Assembly: GCA_036339875.1 (NCBI GenBank)
Contig: JAYZAC010000111.1
Span: 1-12,558 of the forward strand
DNA: 12,558 nt
Source of the DNA: a bacterium
Lineage (GTDB): Bacteria > Muiribacteriota > UBA6191
Direction of reading: 5' to 3'
The translations under genes were made by a program, and so were the position numbers. The notes beneath the pieces were generated by a model. The model was given only the letters and a program-made list of their open reading frames with translations, was not told the origin of the DNA and did not search any database. Position 1 is the first letter of the stretch. Each line of letters begins with the position of its first letter. This document shows positions 8,426-12,558 of this stretch, piece by piece.

Positions 8426-9370
8426 CTATGACTGAATATTCAACCATTTAAGATTCTCTTCCAAACCTTTTTTCAGGCTAGTTCTTGGTTCCCAACCCAA
8501 GGTTTTACGGGCCAAACTAGAATCACACAGTAAACGTTGAATTTCACTTTGTGGATGTGGATGATCTACATATTTTATCGAAATATCACCTGCACTGATA
8601 GTATTCGCCAACTCACTTATAGTGATGGTTTTATCAGAGCCTGCGTTTAATATCATTGGAACATTATCCGTTCTCATATAACTGATTAAAAATTCTGCAC
8701 AGTCTCTAGCATACAAAAAGTCTCTCGACTGGTTGCCAGAGCCAAATACAAATAAATCATTACCTTGACGTTTACGATTCAAAAATAGAGGAATAACCCC
8801 ACCTTCTAAGTTATTGGCCTTCTGAAATGGCCCATAAGTATTAAATGGACGTGCTATTTTTACTGATAAACCATAACTATAAAAATAACTCAGTGCTAAC
8901 TGTTCTCCAGCTAACTTACTAGCGCCATATGGACTAATTGGTAATGTAGGAAATTCTTCATTAATTCCATCATTAGCTATTTTCTGGTAAGAGTTTAAGC
9001 CATAAACCATACAGGTACTCATAAATAGAATTGGTATATTCCAAGCTCTACAACTTTCTAAAATATTATGAGTCCCTACTATGTTTACAGAAGTATACAA
9101 AAGGGGATTTTCGATACTTTCTTGCACATCACCACGGGCTGCTAGGTGATAACAATCAGAAATATCAGCCCACGGTATTTTTGATAAATCAGCATGTTTT
9201 CTGATATCACCTTTAATTAGACTGACGTCACTCAAATTTTCAAGGTTACTCTCTTCACCGCTACTAAGATCGTCAAAAGCTATAACTTGTCGGCCACTAT
9301 CTGCTAGCACTTTGCATAGCCAACTTCCGATGAAGCCCGCACCACCAGTCACTAATGTACGTTTTGTCAT
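8426..9370 (-). CDS. NAD-dependent nucleotide-sugar epimerase/dehydratase (extended SDR)
   Basis: LVTGGAGFIG Rossmann motif, HLAA, NIVGT.NILE, MSTCMVYG, catalytic YGASK (YxxxK), RPFNTYGP, G.Q.RDFLY, LGWEP. Confidence 0.95.
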   Translation of the reverse strand: MTKRTLVTGGAGFIGSWLCKVLADSGRQVIAFDDLSSGEESNLENLSDVSLIKGDIRKHADLSKIPWADISDCYHLAARGDVQESIENPLLYTSVNIVGTHNILESCRAWNIPILFMSTCMVYGLNSYQKIANDGINEEFPTLPISPYGASKLAGEQLALSYFYSYGLSVKIARPFNTYGPFQKANNLEGGVIPLFLNRKRQGNDLFVFGSGNQSRDFLYARDCAEFLISYMRTDNVPMILNAGSDKTITISELANTISAGDISIKYVDHPHPQSEIQRLLCDSSLARKTLGWEPRTSLKKGLEENLKWLNIQS

Positions 9371-9392
9371 TTTTATCTCTAAGCGTTTCTAA

Positions 9393-10916
9393 TCAACCGT
9401 AGGCTTTCCACATATTACAGTCTTTACATATATCAATTAAATGGTAATTCCCATCTAAATGATGTTGTCGTAATTGATTGTAGTCGTCACTCTGCCAAAT
9501 TTCTGACAGATGCTGATTTTTTATGTTTCCCATATTCATATTATTATCAAATACAGCACAGCAAATTGATGTACTACCATCTTGAAAAACCATCATTGTT
9601 CGCCATAGTTCTTTACAAGGAAAGCGATCTACTTCCATTTTAGAGAGATTACCGGCTTCCTCAAATTGGCCACCCCAATTATGAACATTGGGAATACTTA
9701 TCTCATCTACTCGGTCTTTCCACTGATTAACAAAGTCCTCTATTTCTTGCTCTGTTTCATCCATTCGAATTATCTGTAATGTAATTTTCATAGGATGGTT
9801 TCTACGTTTTTCGCGTGCTATCAAAAGGGCTTCGAGATTAGACATTAGTCTTTCAAATCGACCATTAACTCGAACTTTTTCGTAAGTCTCTTTAGTTGCA
9901 CCATCTAAACTTATACTTAAATGGTGAGGTGGATTATCCAATAATTTTTCAATATTTTTTGAATTTAAATAATGACCATTTGTGTTAATTTTCAAATTTA
10001 ATGATGATTGCATCGTGTAGTTAATCATCTCAAAGACTTGCTTGGCTATAAATGGTTCACCATAACCATTCAAAGTGATTTGAGTAACTCCCGATTCTAC
10101 ACATTGGTCGATAACTTTCTTGTAAACATCCAACTCCATAACACCAAGTGTTCTTTCCATTTCATCTCTGGGACACATAATACACTTTAAGTTACACTTA
10201 TTAGTAGGCTCTATATTTACCATAGTAGGCATCGGTAAATGATCTTCCATAATTTGATTATAAGAGTTTATTAAACTATCTAACTTAGGAATTTCTGGTG
10301 AATTTGAACGAACTGCATTCAACAATGCTTTTGTAGTTTGAAAATCTCGAGACGAACCGGTTGTCCATCTAACTTCAGGCCTATTCAACATCCCCTTCGC
10401 TTGTAGATATTCAATTCTTGATTGATCACACAAATCTGTACATACAATTTCACGAACACGTTTGTTAGATTCTGATTCATTGCAACGTTCAACCGTAAGA
10501 CGATTTATAAACTCTATATTGATTCCTACCGGATATCCATAAGTGAAAATAAAATCATTCGATTCCATCAATTCAAGACCCTGTGGAATCAGCTCAGCTC
10601 CCAATATTGGATTGTCACAACTTAAACGGATTGCAATATCAAGATCAAACTGATCAAAAATCTCTAGAAGTCTTTGACTCTCATTCACCGCATTTGAATA
10701 GATTATTTCTACATTTTTGAGAGTTTGTAGATTTGCTATTATTTCTTTGGATTGATCTATTACAGATAAATAAACTGGTAAATGAAATTGTTGGGTTTGC
10801 TGGAGCAAAACCTCAAGAACATTTCTACTATCAATTGAATCAAATATTTTTGAAGGTTCACCAAGCCAATTAGTTTTACAATCCAGAAGAATAGCGAAAG
10901 CTTTTTTTATACTCAT
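9393..10916 (-). CDS. Fusion of a degenerate SpsF-like cytidylyltransferase domain (aa ~1-222) with a radical SAM domain carrying a twitch/SPASM-type auxiliary cluster motif
   Basis: CNLKCIMC (C241/C245/C248), GYGEP, TNG, ISLDG...YE..R. C-terminal cysteines C434, C452, C453, C497, C500. N-terminal RLSCDNP, YPVGINIE, RE and RWT....D follow the SpsF pattern. Confidence 0.88.
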   Translation of the reverse strand: MSIKKAFAILLDCKTNWLGEPSKIFDSIDSRNVLEVLLQQTQQFHLPVYLSVIDQSKEIIANLQTLKNVEIIYSNAVNESQRLLEIFDQFDLDIAIRLSCDNPILGAELIPQGLELMESNDFIFTYGYPVGINIEFINRLTVERCNESESNKRVREIVCTDLCDQSRIEYLQAKGMLNRPEVRWTTGSSRDFQTTKALLNAVRSNSPEIPKLDSLINSYNQIMEDHLPMPTMVNIEPTNKCNLKCIMCPRDEMERTLGVMELDVYKKVIDQCVESGVTQITLNGYGEPFIAKQVFEMINYTMQSSLNLKINTNGHYLNSKNIEKLLDNPPHHLSISLDGATKETYEKVRVNGRFERLMSNLEALLIAREKRRNHPMKITLQIIRMDETEQEIEDFVNQWKDRVDEISIPNVHNWGGQFEEAGNLSKMEVDRFPCKELWRTMMVFQDGSTSICCAVFDNNMNMGNIKNQHLSEIWQSDDYNQLRQHHLDGNYHLIDICKDCNMWKAYG

Positions 10917-10964
10917 GTTGTGTCCGGTTATAATTAATCAAAATACTCTTATTTATCGGTTATC

Positions 10965-11915
10965 TTACTCAGGGGTCTTAGAATTGATCAGATTTTGCAT
11001 ACATTGCTCAAGGGAATATATATCATAATTGATTATATGTTCTCCTGCTTTTTTGGGACCATGATAAAAAAGTAAATCCAAAATCGAAAAACCATTATGA
11101 AAATTTGCATTAGCTTGCTCATAAGGGAAAAGTTGTTGATAATCATAAAACTTTTGATAGACAAGCTTTATGCCATTTTCATTGAAACAAGTTTCTGATT
11201 GATATACAGCTGCTTGTGTCCCTGATAAATATACAGTTCCATTAAACTTTTTTGTGATGTCTATTACTAAACTTTGTTTATTAGAATTTAATTCCATACT
11301 ACTAGAAAAATCCACTCGTTTTTCAATCTTTAAAAGATTAAGAATCTCTTGAAATAATGTCCAATTTATTTGATGGATATACGAACTATTTATAGAAGCG
11401 TACCATTGCTTTATTAAATTAATAATAAGGTCAAAAAAAGGTGCTTTTCTGTAAAAGCTCAATTGACCAAAGTGACTATCCTTCCATTTTCTATGAGCTA
11501 CTTCAATCGAATTAATACTAGCTTTGTGTGAATGTTTTTTTAACGGTAATCGTAAATATTTACTACCCGAAAAACTATCAATTGGAACCCTAGCGATAAA
11601 ATTTTGACTAGAAATATTAACATGATCAAGCCATACAAAATGATCTGCATAATTAATTTTATGAAAATAACCGGGCCAAGGTAAAAAACCTGGCTGATGA
11701 ATTGCTACAACCACTAAATTTGAGAGTCTTTGGCGATACTCAGTAGTATCGATATTTAAGTTGAAATGCTCCGAATAATCTAACACAATAGATATTTCTT
11801 TCTTCAAACCTCTATCATATAAAGACTCTAACAGTAAAATTAATTGCTGCTTTGAAAAACTTGTTAAAATATTTAAATTAGAAGCTATATCCACTAGCAA
11901 ATACCCATTTATCAA
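10965..11915 (-). CDS. WbqC-family protein with ~65-aa N-terminal extension (start uncertain)
   Basis: AIHQPGFLPWPGYF.KI..AD.FV.LD, Y.KAPFF, YLSG and SILDLLF. The longest start is TTG 11915. An in-frame GTG at 11714 lies immediately before the conserved domain. Confidence 0.88.
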   Translation of the reverse strand: MINGYLLVDIASNLNILTSFSKQQLILLLESLYDRGLKKEISIVLDYSEHFNLNIDTTEYRQRLSNLVVVAIHQPGFLPWPGYFHKINYADHFVWLDHVNISSQNFIARVPIDSFSGSKYLRLPLKKHSHKASINSIEVAHRKWKDSHFGQLSFYRKAPFFDLIINLIKQWYASINSSYIHQINWTLFQEILNLLKIEKRVDFSSSMELNSNKQSLVIDITKKFNGTVYLSGTQAAVYQSETCFNENGIKLVYQKFYDYQQLFPYEQANANFHNGFSILDLLFYHGPKKAGEHIINYDIYSLEQCMQNLINSKTPE

Positions 11916-12079
11916 TCAAAAAAATGACATTTTACATTGCTAGTAAGATTCAAACTACTCTTGTTTACAAATGCATAATTTATTAAGCCCTCTTTATAAA
12001 AAGTATTTACTGAAAATGATTGTAGACGATTTATAAAAGTAGTAAAAAATTGAGTGCGAGAAACAAAGTGTTTTCAAAA

Positions 12080-12558
12080 ATGATTTCAATTCTGAGTAGT
12101 GTTATTTTTATCTGTTTAATTTGTTATCTAGCGATCATAATTTTATTTTATTTCAATCAAACATCAGTATTGTTGCATCCTGACAAAACGATGCTTCCGT
12201 TATATAGACTACATTATGAAGAGTGCTATTTTGAGTCTGATAGTACTAAGTTGCATGGAGTATTATCATTCAAATTTGAAAATCGACCAATTGTATTATT
12301 CTCACATGGTAATGCGGGAAATCTTAGTCACCGTGTCAGTGTAATGAATATGTTCGAGCATCTTGAATTGAATTTCTTTATTTATGATTACCGAGGTTTT
12401 GGACTTAGTCAGGGAGAAATTTATCAGGAACAAGAACTCTATATAGATGGTCTTTCTGCCTGGAATTTCTTGGTGGAACAAAAAATGATAAAGCCCTCAA
12501 ATATTATTATATGGGGTCGTTCACTTGGAGCTGCTATTGCTACTAAAATTGCAGCTAA
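12080..12558 (+). CDS. Alpha/beta hydrolase (YfhR/Bem46/ABHD13-like) with N-terminal membrane anchor, partial at the window end
   Basis: Not in the ORF track. My translation from ATG 12080: MISILSSVIFICLICYLAIIILFYFNQTSVLLHP...VLFSHGNAGNLSHR...YDYRGFGLSQG...IIIWGRSLGAAIA. GxSxG nucleophile elbow present. The final TAA of the window is out of frame. Alternative in-frame starts are GTG 12068 and TTG 12050. Confidence 0.93.
   Translation, partial: MISILSSVIFICLICYLAIIILFYFNQTSVLLHPDKTMLPLYRLHYEECYFESDSTKLHGVLSFKFENRPIVLFSHGNAGNLSHRVSVMNMFEHLELNFFIYDYRGFGLSQGEIYQEQELYIDGLSAWNFLVEQKMIKPSNIIIWGRSLGAAIATKIAA

Noticed and set aside
10008..10190. 60-aa plus-strand ORF as a possible RiPP precursor for the radical SAM enzyme
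   Set aside because: Antisense within the radical SAM gene with no precursor-like features. The gene context is sugar metabolism.
11918..11924. T7 tract (minus strand) as a frameshift joining an upstream frame to wbqC
   Set aside because: A one-base shift at the tract from the upstream open frame runs into stops (TGA immediately, or TAA about 12 codons later), and that frame lacks a convincing start.
1..12558. CRISPR arrays, tRNA/rRNA, IS elements, prophage or anti-phage defence genes
   Set aside because: No repeat-spacer periodicity, cloverleaf, transposase, integrase or defence-domain motifs seen. Intergenic regions are all short.

Overview
AT-rich bacterial chromosomal window with nine complete CDSs and one CDS truncated at the right edge that is missing from the ORF track. 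Left to right: a DUF6687-type protein (+); on the minus strand, a DCC/DUF393 thiol-disulfide protein, an aldo/keto reductase, and a 1552-aa secreted mosaic protein (two 'GWNL...GYW' repeats, a 7-bladed beta-propeller, FN3 domains, a CARDB-like motif and an M66-like zinc metalloprotease); yajQ (+); a compact four-gene minus-strand nucleotide-sugar cluster; and a divergent membrane-anchored alpha/beta hydrolase. The sugar cluster encodes a WbqC-family protein, a degenerate SpsF-like cytidylyltransferase domain fused to a radical SAM enzyme with BtrN-type twitch cysteine spacing, an extended SDR, and a stand-alone CapF-type cupin. This cluster is the best candidate for an undescribed system, followed by the giant protease. 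No RNA genes, CRISPR arrays or mobile elements were seen. All family assignments come from motif recognition by eye, not from database searches.
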